Assembly (NCBI GenBank): GCA_905234185.1
Contig: CAJOGC010000002.1
Span: 103,949 to 167,948 of the forward strand
DNA: 64,000 nt
Source: an uncultured Alphaproteobacteria bacterium
GTDB lineage: Bacteria > Pseudomonadota > Alphaproteobacteria > Rs-D84
Reading direction: 5' to 3'
The translations under genes were made by a program, and so were the position numbers. How positions within the stretch are numbered: the stretch's first letter is position 1; each line of letters opens with the position of its first letter. A model generated the notes under the pieces. It ran no database searches. It saw only the letters and a list, made by a program, of their open reading frames with translations, and had not been told where the DNA came from. Positions 10,017 to 17,789 of the stretch are shown piece by piece.

Positions 10017-11183
10017 TCAATGAAACACATAGCAATCGATTCCGTTCGCGGTCGCGGTCGCTTTTAACGACTGCGCCGCGCTTTCCGTCAGCCCATATGC
10101 ACGCACACGGAACAGTCCACTTGGCGCAGTTTCGATAATTGGTGTTGCGCCAGTCACACGTTGAACGGTCGCAATCATTTTTGATGCGGCATCGCGCGAT
10201 GAAAACGCCCCGAATTGAACCCCTGGACCACTGTGCGATGCGGTTGGCACATGATTTGTTGCCGCATGATATGCCCCCGCAAAAGTGTTCACCGCTGTTG
10301 CGCTTTCATAATTTTGATTCTGTTGTTGTGGTTTGCTTTCTACTGGTGTTGCCACTGGGGTTTCACGCACAACCATTGCCGGTGCCGGATTTTTTTCAAC
10401 CATTGCGAAACCACGATTCAGCAAATTTGTTGCCACCGCGGCACGTACATCTTTGTTTTCCGCCCCCAAAACAACCGCCATAAGATGTTTATCACCACGT
10501 CGCGCGGTTGCAACCAATGAATATTTTGATTTATTTGTGTATCCGGTTTTCATACCATCACAGCCCGGGAAAGATCCCAACAAACGATTTCCATTGGTAT
10601 ATGTTTTACCACCATACGTCCATGTTTTGATTCCAAAATACTTCCAATATTGCGGGAAATGTTTATACACCGCCATCGACACCAACGCAATATCACGCGC
10701 CGTTGATAAATGGTCATCATCCGGCAGGCCCGAACTGTTTTCAAAATTAGTCCGCGACAGCCCTATTTCGCGTGCGACACGCGTCATCAGGGACGCAAAA
10801 TTGCCCTCTTTGCCACCTTTCAGATTTTCCGCCAACACGCGTGCGATATCGTTCGCACTGTGCACCGCGACCGCCTTGATCGCATCTTCTACTGTAATTT
10901 TGGAACCCGCCGGAATACCAAGTTTTACCGGTTCCGCATTCGCCGCCGCATTGGACACAATCAGATAGTCATCCAAATGCAACCGCCCATGTTCCAACGC
11001 ATCAAACGTCAGATACAGCGTCATAATTTTTGTTAAACTTGCCGGATAGTTCAAATCAGTTGCGTTTTCCGAATACAGAACCCGCCCCGAATCCATATCG
11101 GCGACCATTGCCGCGCGGTAATTTGCCGCGTGTGCAATCGATGCTATAAACAGCATCGGTAAAATAAGAAATCTTCCCTTCAT
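10017..11183 (-). CDS. D-alanyl-D-alanine carboxypeptidase (S11, PBP5/6-like) with C-terminal SPOR domain
   Basis: It has a signal peptide and the SxxK (ASLTK), SxN (SANDIA) and KTG (KTGYT) motifs. The C-terminus (GVQFGAFSSRDAASKMI...LFRVRAYGLTESAAQSL...CYVFH) is SPOR-like. Confidence 0.85.
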   Translation of the reverse strand: MKGRFLILPMLFIASIAHAANYRAAMVADMDSGRVLYSENATDLNYPASLTKIMTLYLTFDALEHGRLHLDDYLIVSNAAANAEPVKLGIPAGSKITVEDAIKAVAVHSANDIARVLAENLKGGKEGNFASLMTRVAREIGLSRTNFENSSGLPDDDHLSTARDIALVSMAVYKHFPQYWKYFGIKTWTYGGKTYTNGNRLLGSFPGCDGMKTGYTNKSKYSLVATARRGDKHLMAVVLGAENKDVRAAVATNLLNRGFAMVEKNPAPAMVVRETPVATPVESKPQQQNQNYESATAVNTFAGAYHAATNHVPTASHSGPGVQFGAFSSRDAASKMIATVQRVTGATPIIETAPSGLFRVRAYGLTESAAQSLKATATANGIDCYVFH

Positions 11184-11278
11184 AGCAATTAAAGTTTAGT
11201 AAAATTTTAGTGCGTGGGTCAATAGAGAAATAGAAAACTTTATTTGATTATTATTGCACAATCCTTATAATTTATGCC

Positions 11279-12961
11279 ATGAAACAAAAGTCATACATTA
11301 TTGACGATAAACAACTGATGTCCGAATGGGACTGGGATGCCAATGTTGGTTTAGATCCGAAAACATTAACCCGTGGATCAAATAAAAAGGCATGGTGGGT
11401 ATGTTCGGTATGTGGGCATAAATGGTGTGCCGATATACATCATAGAGCCGTAAGAAAACAAGGTTGTTTAAACTGCCGATATGTATATAAAAAACAACTT
11501 GCTTCTATTTTGTCTGAAACACATCCAAAAGTCCTTAAATACTGGGATTTTTCAAAAAATAAATTGATAACCCCCGAAATTGTCAGCCAGAATTCGCGTA
11601 AAAGCGTTTGGTGGCATTGTCCAGATTGTGGCCATGAATGGGAAGAAAAAATAAAAAATCAGGTTAAAAAATTAGTTTGGTGCCCACATTGTAAGAAGGG
11701 AATTAAAGATTTGGCTTCTGTGGAACCAGAACTTGCAAAAGAATGGCATAAAACAAAAAATACTGATGCCCCAGAACATATTTCGTATGCTTCTAACAAA
11801 TATGCATGGTGGAAATGCCAAAAGTGTGGTTACGAATGGAAAGCCAGAATAGCCAACAGGTCAATATTGAAACGGGGGTGTCCTTGTTGTTCTGGTGGTG
11901 CGGTTGTCGTCGGAATAAACGATTTAAAAACAAAGTTTCCGCATATAGCAAAAGAATGGCACCCTACAAAAAACGGTGAACTTTTACCAGAACAAGTCAC
12001 TTCTGGTACAAGAAAGAAAGTTTGGTGGCAATGCCCACTGGGACACGAATACCAAGCAACGGTAGGACACAGGACATCACAAAATGGCACAGGGTGTCCA
12101 ATATGTTATTCAGGACGTCAAACATCATTCGCTGAACAGGCTGTATTCTTTTATGTAAAACAATTATATCCCGACGCACTAAGCAGGTATAAGGCAGACT
12201 TTTTGGGAAAATTTGAATTGGATATTTATATCCCATCAATCAAATATGCGATAGAATACGATGGTGAAGCATGGCATAAAGCGAATAAATTAGAACGCGA
12301 AAAACGAAAGTATCAATTGTGCAAACAGAACGGCATCACATTACTCAGATTACGAGAAAAGGAACCAGAACATGATGCTGAAGTGGCAGATGATATAATT
12401 TGTGTGAAAAATCTATACGAACACAGAAATCTTGAAATGGTATTAAGACGGTTATTGGTGAAATTGAACCCGCAATCGGTAATGCCTGACAACTTTGTTA
12501 ATTTGGCCAGGGATAATCATAAAATCTTGGAATATAAAAAATCGGCCATATCAGAATCATTGATGTCCGTCAGACCAGATATTGCGATGGAATGGCATCC
12601 AACAAAAAATGGTAACCTGTTACCAAGTATGTTTAAAGCAGGTTCTGAACATAAAGTATGGTGGATTTGTCCAAAGTGTGCCACCGAATATCAAACAAGT
12701 ATTGCTCATAGAACAGATAAAAAGGTTCCAACAGGATGCCCAAAGTGTGGCAAAGAGCGAAGTGACTTAGCGAAAAGTGTCGCTGTAAATATGTTAGATT
12801 TGAAAACGAAAAAAGTATTAAAAACATTCGTTTCTGTATCAGATGCATCAAGGCAAATGAAAATCAATTTATCTAACATATGTATGGCTTGCAAAGGCCA
12901 ACGCAACCAAGCTGGTGGGTACGGTTGGGAATATAATTTAAAAATATGCAAAAGAAAATAA
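11279..12961 (+). CDS. multi-zinc-ribbon protein with central DUF559/Vsr-like PD-(D/E)XK nuclease core and C-terminal NUMOD1-like HTH (homing-endonuclease-like)
   Basis: There are five repeats of [EW..KN...P + WW.C..CGH.W......R....CP.C]. The central block FELDIYIPSIKYAIEYDGEAWH...GITLLRLRE resembles the DUF559 core. The tail (FVSVSDASRQMKINLSNICMACKG..NQAGGYGWEY) resembles NUMOD1/IENR-type DNA-binding modules. Confidence 0.75.
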   Translation: MKQKSYIIDDKQLMSEWDWDANVGLDPKTLTRGSNKKAWWVCSVCGHKWCADIHHRAVRKQGCLNCRYVYKKQLASILSETHPKVLKYWDFSKNKLITPEIVSQNSRKSVWWHCPDCGHEWEEKIKNQVKKLVWCPHCKKGIKDLASVEPELAKEWHKTKNTDAPEHISYASNKYAWWKCQKCGYEWKARIANRSILKRGCPCCSGGAVVVGINDLKTKFPHIAKEWHPTKNGELLPEQVTSGTRKKVWWQCPLGHEYQATVGHRTSQNGTGCPICYSGRQTSFAEQAVFFYVKQLYPDALSRYKADFLGKFELDIYIPSIKYAIEYDGEAWHKANKLEREKRKYQLCKQNGITLLRLREKEPEHDAEVADDIICVKNLYEHRNLEMVLRRLLVKLNPQSVMPDNFVNLARDNHKILEYKKSAISESLMSVRPDIAMEWHPTKNGNLLPSMFKAGSEHKVWWICPKCATEYQTSIAHRTDKKVPTGCPKCGKERSDLAKSVAVNMLDLKTKKVLKTFVSVSDASRQMKINLSNICMACKGQRNQAGGYGWEYNLKICKRK

Positions 12962-13042
12962 AAAACACCGGTGTTCTTGTCTCGGCGTAGTCGCGGCATC
13001 GCTGTGCGATGACGGACGAAGACGGATGCCGGTGTTTTTTTT
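12961..13042. terminator. bidirectional terminator hairpin carrying a ~55-nt palindromic insert in its loop
   Basis: AAAAACACCGG...CCGGTGTTTTTTTT encloses TGTTCTTGTCTCGGCGTAGTCGCGGCATCGCTGTGCGATGACGGACGAAGACGGATG, which contains the inner hairpin CATCGC-tgt-GCGATG. Confidence 0.5.
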
Positions 13043-13056
13043 GTATTTTTTTACAC

Positions 13057-13467
13057 CTATTCTACCAAATGCGCATCCAGAAACATTGATTGCGACAGGG
13101 CGTTAAAGAAGTTCTGATATGCGGCTGGGGCGGTTATTTCATGCAAACCTGCCGATGCATTGGCACGAACCAACATTTGCTTTTTACCAGATGGACGAAC
13201 CGAAACAGTCATCTTGGAATTATTGGTGAATGATGTCCCGCTGACCGTCCCCAGTGTTTCATCTGCACGATCAATAATGAAACCCAAATCTTGCATTGTG
13301 GAAATCACACTGCGCAGCACCATTTTTTTATCCGATGTGTCAAACATACGCGATTGATAATTGCGCGTCGCCACCTGAGAATTAGCGGTTCCCAAAACAC
13401 TTTGACTGGTTGTCATACAACCGGTTAATAATGTTAACCCGAAAATCGCAATAAATATTTTCTTCAT
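13057..13467 (-). CDS. lipoprotein, paralog of the next gene
   Basis: A lipobox is present (LTLLTGC). The start is moved to MKKIFIAIF (ATG 13467, AGGGGG RBS). It shares the ...QDLGF.(I/L)D...LG... block with the 13478 gene. Confidence 0.7.
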   Translation of the reverse strand: MKKIFIAIFGLTLLTGCMTTSQSVLGTANSQVATRNYQSRMFDTSDKKMVLRSVISTMQDLGFIIDRADETLGTVSGTSFTNNSKMTVSVRPSGKKQMLVRANASAGLHEITAPAAYQNFFNALSQSMFLDAHLVE

Positions 13468-13477
13468 ATATAACCCC

Positions 13478-13993
13478 CTATATTTCATGCGCGGTCAAGA
13501 ATAACGACTGGCTTAACTTATCAAAGAATTCGCGATATGTTTTTTGATCTGTTATCTTTTCGTTACGCGTTTCATGCATATTATTTGTCACCGCGCGTGC
13601 GAAAGTTATGCGGACATTGTATCCTTTGGACTCTTTACTTTTTGTTGATACCAATGTTGTGTAAATCTTTTGTTCGGTATCGTAAACAGGTTGGGTATCA
13701 CTCATTGCCGCCAGCAATATTATTGCCGCCTTGGCACCGGTGGAACTGGCCTCGCGATTTTTATATGCAGTAATAAGGCCCAGTTTTGTTTCTGTTTCGT
13801 CCAGCGTAAAGCCTAAATCTTGCAATACACCGGCGGACGCGGCCAGAATTGTTTCTTCTTTATCCGTTTCAAACCGCATGGTTTCCATTTGACGACGGGC
13901 CAGATAGTCGCTGTCCAATTGATAATAGTTATCATACGACACACAACCAGACAAACCGAATACGCACAAAAAAATCGCGATTAGCCGTTTCAT
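13478..13993 (-). CDS. lipoprotein, paralog of the previous gene
   Basis: A lipobox is present (FGLSGC), and the block ILAASAGVLQDLGFTLDETETKLGLITAY is shared with the neighbouring gene. Confidence 0.7.
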   Translation of the reverse strand: MKRLIAIFLCVFGLSGCVSYDNYYQLDSDYLARRQMETMRFETDKEETILAASAGVLQDLGFTLDETETKLGLITAYKNREASSTGAKAAIILLAAMSDTQPVYDTEQKIYTTLVSTKSKESKGYNVRITFARAVTNNMHETRNEKITDQKTYREFFDKLSQSLFLTAHEI

Positions 13994-14003
13994 TTACGCC
14001 CTA

Positions 14004-14384
14004 TTAAAATGTTGATGTCCGATATGCAAAGTCGCGAACGCGATTGTCTTCGTCAAACTTTACAATAATGGTCAATGTGCGTTGGTTGCTTGATGCTTTG
14101 GCACTTTCCGCGCCCGCTATCAATAACCACACACCGGAACTGGATTTAGAAACATTGCTGGACACGCGGTCATACACCCATGTTTCGCGACGTTTATCGT
14201 CGGTTGTCACCATGTTTGGCGACCCCAGAACCTCAACCACTTCGGCGGATGTCATACCAACCTTTATTTCACGTTGTGCCTTTGCAACCGTCATTTGTTC
14301 TTCGCGAATCGGGTCCGTTCCCGTTGTGCACGCGGTTAATAGTGGTGTGGTTGCTAAACAAATTGCCAATAATACTTTTTTCAT
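14004..14384 (-). CDS. BamE/SmpA-OmlA-like lipoprotein
   Basis: A lipobox is present (LLTAC). IKVGMTSAEVVEVLGSPN...ETWVYD...RTLTIIVKFDEDNRV fits the SmpA/OmlA pattern. Confidence 0.55.
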   Translation of the reverse strand: MKKVLLAICLATTPLLTACTTGTDPIREEQMTVAKAQREIKVGMTSAEVVEVLGSPNMVTTDDKRRETWVYDRVSSNVSKSSSGVWLLIAGAESAKASSNQRTLTIIVKFDEDNRVRDFAYRTSTF

Positions 14385-14438
14385 ATATATCTCCTTTTGT
14401 GTTTTTGATTATATAATTTTAGATAAATAAAGCAAATG

Positions 14439-15824
14439 TTAATCCAGTGTTCTTAAACTTATTTTTTCATCATCGACAATCACCAGTTTACCGGTGTGAA
14501 TACCGAATCGGCGGGCGGAATTAAACCCGTCGCGCATACCAAATAACTGTGTATCAAACAACGATGAAACGCCACGCAATAAACATAATTGATTTGCAAC
14601 CATACTGTCATTACATACCGCGATGATTGGAATATCGGGCTTGCGACAAGAAATCTGAATCGTCGCATCTGTATCACGCGCAAAAACAACAATCGCCGAC
14701 GCATGATTTAAAAACGCCATTGACGACACCGAACGTGACCAATCGTTTTGCGGCACGTTATCAACACGCGACCAATCATATGGATTCGCAATTGTGTCGG
14801 AATCCGAAAAAGTCAAAATGCGCGCCATTGTTTCGACTGTATTAACCGGATTTACACCAACGGTTGTTTCTTCACTGGTCATTGCCGAATCGGCGCGCAG
14901 ATATGCCGTGTTCGCAACATCCGATATTTCCGCACGGGTTGGAAAATCACTTTCCACCATCGATGCCAGCATTTGCGTCGCGATTATTACCGGTTTATTC
15001 ATCATGCGACAAACACGAATTATTTTGCGAGTGATTGCCGGCACTTGCTCATACGGAACCTCTACCGCTAAATCGCCACGCGCAATCATAATACCGTCGG
15101 ACACCGACACAATTTCATCAATGCGTTCCACCGCATTTGGACGTTCAATCTTCGCAATAATTTTTATCGGGTATGCAGTGCGTCGCGCAATGAAGTCACG
15201 CACAAACGCAATGTCGGACGCCCGTTGCACAAACGATATTGCAACATAGTCCGGCCGTTTTGTGATTGCGTATTCTAAATCTTCCCGGTCCTTTGCGGTT
15301 AAAACAGATGTTGTAATTTCCGTATCCGGCAAATTAAATCCGCGTCGCGACCATATTTCCGTTCCACGAACGACGGTTGCAACGACTTTGTGTTTAGAAA
15401 CCGATTCCACACGCATTTCAATCTTGCCATCATTCAACAAAATGCGGTCATCAACATTAAGTGATTTTAGAACATCGTTGTCCGGCAAATAAACACGTTT
15501 TGAATTGCCCGGTGTTGGGTCATCATCAAATGTGAAACGCCCACCAACCTTTAATGGATAATGTTCATCAGTTTCAAAATCACCAATGCGATGTTTTGGT
15601 CCCTGAATATCAACGATTACACCAACTGGTTTTTGTAATTCAGTCGCAACATCACGAATTAAATCAATCTTGTGTCCCTGGACACGTCCGGTATCATGGC
15701 TAAAATTAATACGAAAAACATCGGCACCCGCCACAACCATATCGCGTATGGTTTTGCGTGTGTCGCTGTTTGGTCCAATAGACGCGACTATTTTAGTAAA
15801 ATTATACACTCCCTCAGACGACAT
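14439..15824 (-). CDS. pyk: pyruvate kinase
   Basis: Motifs TKIVASIGP, VFRINFSHD, IIAKIE, MIARGDL and ATQMLASM are present. The true start is ATG 15824 (MSSEGVYNF). The longer track ORF runs through the divergent DUF2312 gene. Confidence 0.9.
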   Translation of the reverse strand: MSSEGVYNFTKIVASIGPNSDTRKTIRDMVVAGADVFRINFSHDTGRVQGHKIDLIRDVATELQKPVGVIVDIQGPKHRIGDFETDEHYPLKVGGRFTFDDDPTPGNSKRVYLPDNDVLKSLNVDDRILLNDGKIEMRVESVSKHKVVATVVRGTEIWSRRGFNLPDTEITTSVLTAKDREDLEYAITKRPDYVAISFVQRASDIAFVRDFIARRTAYPIKIIAKIERPNAVERIDEIVSVSDGIMIARGDLAVEVPYEQVPAITRKIIRVCRMMNKPVIIATQMLASMVESDFPTRAEISDVANTAYLRADSAMTSEETTVGVNPVNTVETMARILTFSDSDTIANPYDWSRVDNVPQNDWSRSVSSMAFLNHASAIVVFARDTDATIQISCRKPDIPIIAVCNDSMVANQLCLLRGVSSLFDTQLFGMRDGFNSARRFGIHTGKLVIVDDEKISLRTLD

Positions 15825-15897
15825 TGATTTTTCTTTGTCTTGATTTTTCGATTTTATGATATAACATATTGCCATAACATAACAAGGGGAAAAATAC

Positions 15898-16146
15898 ATG
15901 AAAAACGCAAACCATGGTGCAATTGATAACGCACAGTTAATCAGCATTATCGAACGAATCGAAAAATTAAACGAAGAAACCGCCGCAATCGCCGCCGATA
16001 TCAAGGAAGTGTACAGCGAGGCCAAGTCCGCCGGTTTCGATCCAAAATATATTCGCCAAATGATACGTTTGCGTAAAATGGATCCAGACGAACTGGACGA
16101 AGCGGACGAATTAACACAAATGTATCGTTCTGCATTGGGGTTATAA
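15898..16146 (+). CDS. DUF2312/GapR-family nucleoid-associated protein
   Basis: QLISIIERIEKLNEE...IKEVYSEAKSAGFDPKYIRQMIRLRKMD is the characteristic DUF2312 sequence. Confidence 0.85.
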   Translation: MKNANHGAIDNAQLISIIERIEKLNEETAAIAADIKEVYSEAKSAGFDPKYIRQMIRLRKMDPDELDEADELTQMYRSALGL

Positions 16147-16460
16147 TGAAACGTTTTACAAAACGTGTTGAAGATTTTACATGCGCACATTGTGGCGCAA
16201 ATGTTTCGGGCAATGGATACACAAACCATTGCCCGAAATGCTTATATTCACGTCATGTTGATAATACACCGGGCGACCGCGCGTCGAATTGCGGTGGAAT
16301 GATGGCACCAATAAGTATTGAAAAGTCGGGAAACGATTTTATCATTACGCACCGCTGTGAAAAATGTGGCAAAACAATTCGCCAACACACCGCCGAAAAT
16401 GACGACATGGACACAATAATTTCCATTTCCACCAACGATTCGTTTGTGTTTGGAAAATAA
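16146..16460 (+). CDS. RNHCP domain-containing zinc-ribbon protein
   Basis: FTCAHCG...GYTNHCPKCLYSRHVD...NCGGMM...HRCEKCG is present. The start overlaps the stop of the DUF2312 gene by 1 nt. Confidence 0.8.
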   Translation: MKRFTKRVEDFTCAHCGANVSGNGYTNHCPKCLYSRHVDNTPGDRASNCGGMMAPISIEKSGNDFIITHRCEKCGKTIRQHTAENDDMDTIISISTNDSFVFGK

Positions 16461-16472
16461 GCACAATTTTCT

Positions 16473-16506
16473 AAAAAAAAACACCGGCAAACGCCGGTGT
16501 TTTTTT
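16473..16506. terminator. bidirectional terminator
   Basis: A9-CACCGGCaaaCGCCGGTG-T7. Confidence 0.7.
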
Positions 16507-16897
16507 ATTCCCAATAGTCATCATAATAATCCGTTTTGGTTGTTTTTTTCTTCATAACAGGGGTTGTTTTTTGTTTCGTTTTCTTCTTTTTTTCCGTATA
16601 TGCAAATTTCCATTGTTTATAACTTAATGGTGTTTTTCCTTGTTTATCACAATTTACTAAATATTTTCTGTATTTTTCTCGTTGATTTTTACGCTTTTTG
16701 TTTTCTTGTTTTCCATATTCTATACCAATAGATAGCATTGTTATTGCGAATATTACCGCAATATAACCAATAGATAATATTATCCAAAACAAAGAACGAA
16801 TGACAACATCATCTAAACTGGCAAAAGCAGGAAAAGAGCAAGTTAAAAATAAAGACACAAAAAAGATGATTTTTTTCATTTTCTTTTCCTCTTTCAT
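16505..16897 (-). CDS. small membrane protein with Lys-rich tail
   Basis: It has a signal-like N-terminus (MKKIIFFVSLFLTCSFPAFA), one further TM helix, and a strongly basic tail (KKRKNQREKYRK...KKKKTKQK...KKK). It overlaps the upstream gene by 4 nt. Confidence 0.55.
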   Translation of the reverse strand: MKEEKKMKKIIFFVSLFLTCSFPAFASLDDVVIRSLFWIILSIGYIAVIFAITMLSIGIEYGKQENKKRKNQREKYRKYLVNCDKQGKTPLSYKQWKFAYTEKKKKTKQKTTPVMKKKTTKTDYYDDYWE

Positions 16898-17169
16898 TCA
16901 TCTAATAGATCATTTAAAATCTCTATCGCCATTTTTCCGAATCTGGCGCCATTGAAAGAAACTTTATTACTTAATACATTTGCTTGCAGTTGATGTCTTA
17001 GAGCTCTGATACTGTCCTTGCTTGGGATAGTATTAAAATAATTGTTTATTATATAATTAAAGAATTCTTGACTTTGGGCATGTGTTATTTGGTTTGCCAC
17101 AAACCGTACGTTTGATTTACCGCCCATAGAAAAATAAATCCCTTTTACGATATCATCTAGTATGAACAT
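16894..17169 (-). CDS. hypothetical protein, 91 aa
   Basis: The start is moved to ATG 17169 (MFILDDIV), which has an AAGGGG RBS. The track start TTG 17214 lies inside the upstream terminator hairpin. Confidence 0.5.
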   Translation of the reverse strand: MFILDDIVKGIYFSMGGKSNVRFVANQITHAQSQEFFNYIINNYFNTIPSKDSIRALRHQLQANVLSNKVSFNGARFGKMAIEILNDLLDE

Positions 17170-17195
17170 TATCAGCCCCTTGGTGTATATTTTAT

Positions 17196-17403
17196 AAAAA
17201 ACAAAACCGCCCAAGAAAGAGCGGTCGGGGAGTTAGAAAATCAGTTAAGTATGACTCCGCGGTCTTTAGATATACACACGCGGCTCCCCAACCATAGGTC
17301 AGGGATGATTACGGTGCAAAAACACCGAAACATCATTTTAACGATGCTTTCGCACCGACTTAACAGGACTTTCTACAGCCCGAACCCAATCTCTTGGATT
17401 CAT
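17196..17403 (-). ncRNA. candidate structured leader/attenuator RNA, copy A (unclassified)
   Basis: It starts downstream of a TTGCAA-16-TATAAT promoter and ends in a hairpin plus U-run just 5' of the RBS of the 16894 gene. It shares ordered conserved blocks and covarying helices with copy B at 26766..26982. Confidence 0.55.
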
Positions 17404-17408
17404 TTCTT

Positions 17409-17436
17409 ATTATACCTTATTTATGCCTAATTGCAA
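17409..17436 (-). promoter_or_regulatory. sigma70-like promoter of leader RNA A
   Basis: On the minus strand: TTGCAA (17436..17431), a 16-nt spacer, then TATAAT (17414..17409). Confidence 0.6.
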
Positions 17437-17449
17437 ACAGATTGATTTA

Positions 17450-17483
17450 TCATTGCGAGGGAGCATAGCGACCGCGGCAATCC
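17450..17483. repeat. short palindromic repeat (CATTGCGA...CAATCC type)
   Basis: tCATTGCGAGGGAGCATAGCGACCGCGGCAATCC. A related unit lies at 24971..25002. Confidence 0.6.
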
Positions 17484-17489
17484 ATAAAA

Positions 17490-17616
17490 ACTACCCCGCC
17501 ACTTCGTGACACCCCTTCGCTCGCGAAGGGGATTTTACTTTCTGGAATCATAGCATAAATCCCCTTCACTGTGTGAAGGGGTGGATTGCGAACGTTAGTG
17601 AGAAAGACGGGGTAGT
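17490..17616 (+). repeat. PAL-A palindromic element, copy 1 (~127 bp)
   Basis: The terminal inverted repeats are CTACCCCG...CGGGGTAG. The internal hairpins are CCCCTTC..GAAGGGG x2 and a central CTGGAATCAT. Related copies lie at 25701..25835 and 27027..27100. Confidence 0.8.
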
Positions 17617-17618
17617 CC

Positions 17619-17686
17619 CCTGCCCCCTTGTGGGGCGGGATAGATTTATTTACGAACAAAGTGAGTTAATAAATCTTGGGTGGGGG
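17619..17686 (+). repeat. PAL-B element arm (CCTGCCCCC...CTTGGGTGGGGG)
   Basis: It has the same conserved ends as 39430..39501. It forms an inverted pair with 17707..17786 across a 20-nt spacer. Confidence 0.8.
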
Positions 17687-17706
17687 AATTATAGGCGTTC
17701 TGTTTG

Positions 17707-17786
17707 CCCCCACCCAAGAGTCGCTAGTTCACATACGTTCACAAGCCGACTCTGTCCCGCCCCGCACGCTTTGCGCGGGGGCAGGT
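17707..17786 (-). repeat. PAL-B element arm, inverted orientation
   Basis: CCCCCACCCAAGAGTCGC...GACTCTGTCCCGCCCC...GCGCGGGGGCAGG. Its reverse complement aligns along nearly its whole length with 39430..39501. It abuts the pyrG stop codon. Confidence 0.8.
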
Positions 17787-17789
17787 CAA

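Noticed and set aside
15825-16229. The track ORF for pyruvate kinase extends 135 codons further upstream (to 16229).
   Set aside because: The extension has no PK similarity and is low-complexity and Cys/Ser-rich. It runs antisense through the well-supported DUF2312 gene. A clean ATG (MSSEGVYNF…) at 15824 starts the conserved PK N-terminus.
16894-17214. Track start codons TTG 17214 (for the 16894 gene), TTG 26768 (for the 25884 gene) and TTG 43241.
   Set aside because: 17214 and 26768 fall inside terminator stems or U-runs of the upstream leader RNAs. 43241 is the first base of a TTGACA hexamer. Downstream starts with better context were preferred, but they remain uncertain.
17196-17403. Assigning the two leader RNAs to a known class: cobalamin, TPP, FMN, SAM-II, glycine, fluoride, c-di-GMP, T-box, RNase P RNA (because of GAAAGTCC), 6S, SRP or tmRNA.
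   Set aside because: None of the class-defining consensus strings I can recall is present. The GAAAGTCC resemblance to RNase P P4 is isolated and absent from copy B (GAAAGCCC). They are left as unclassified.
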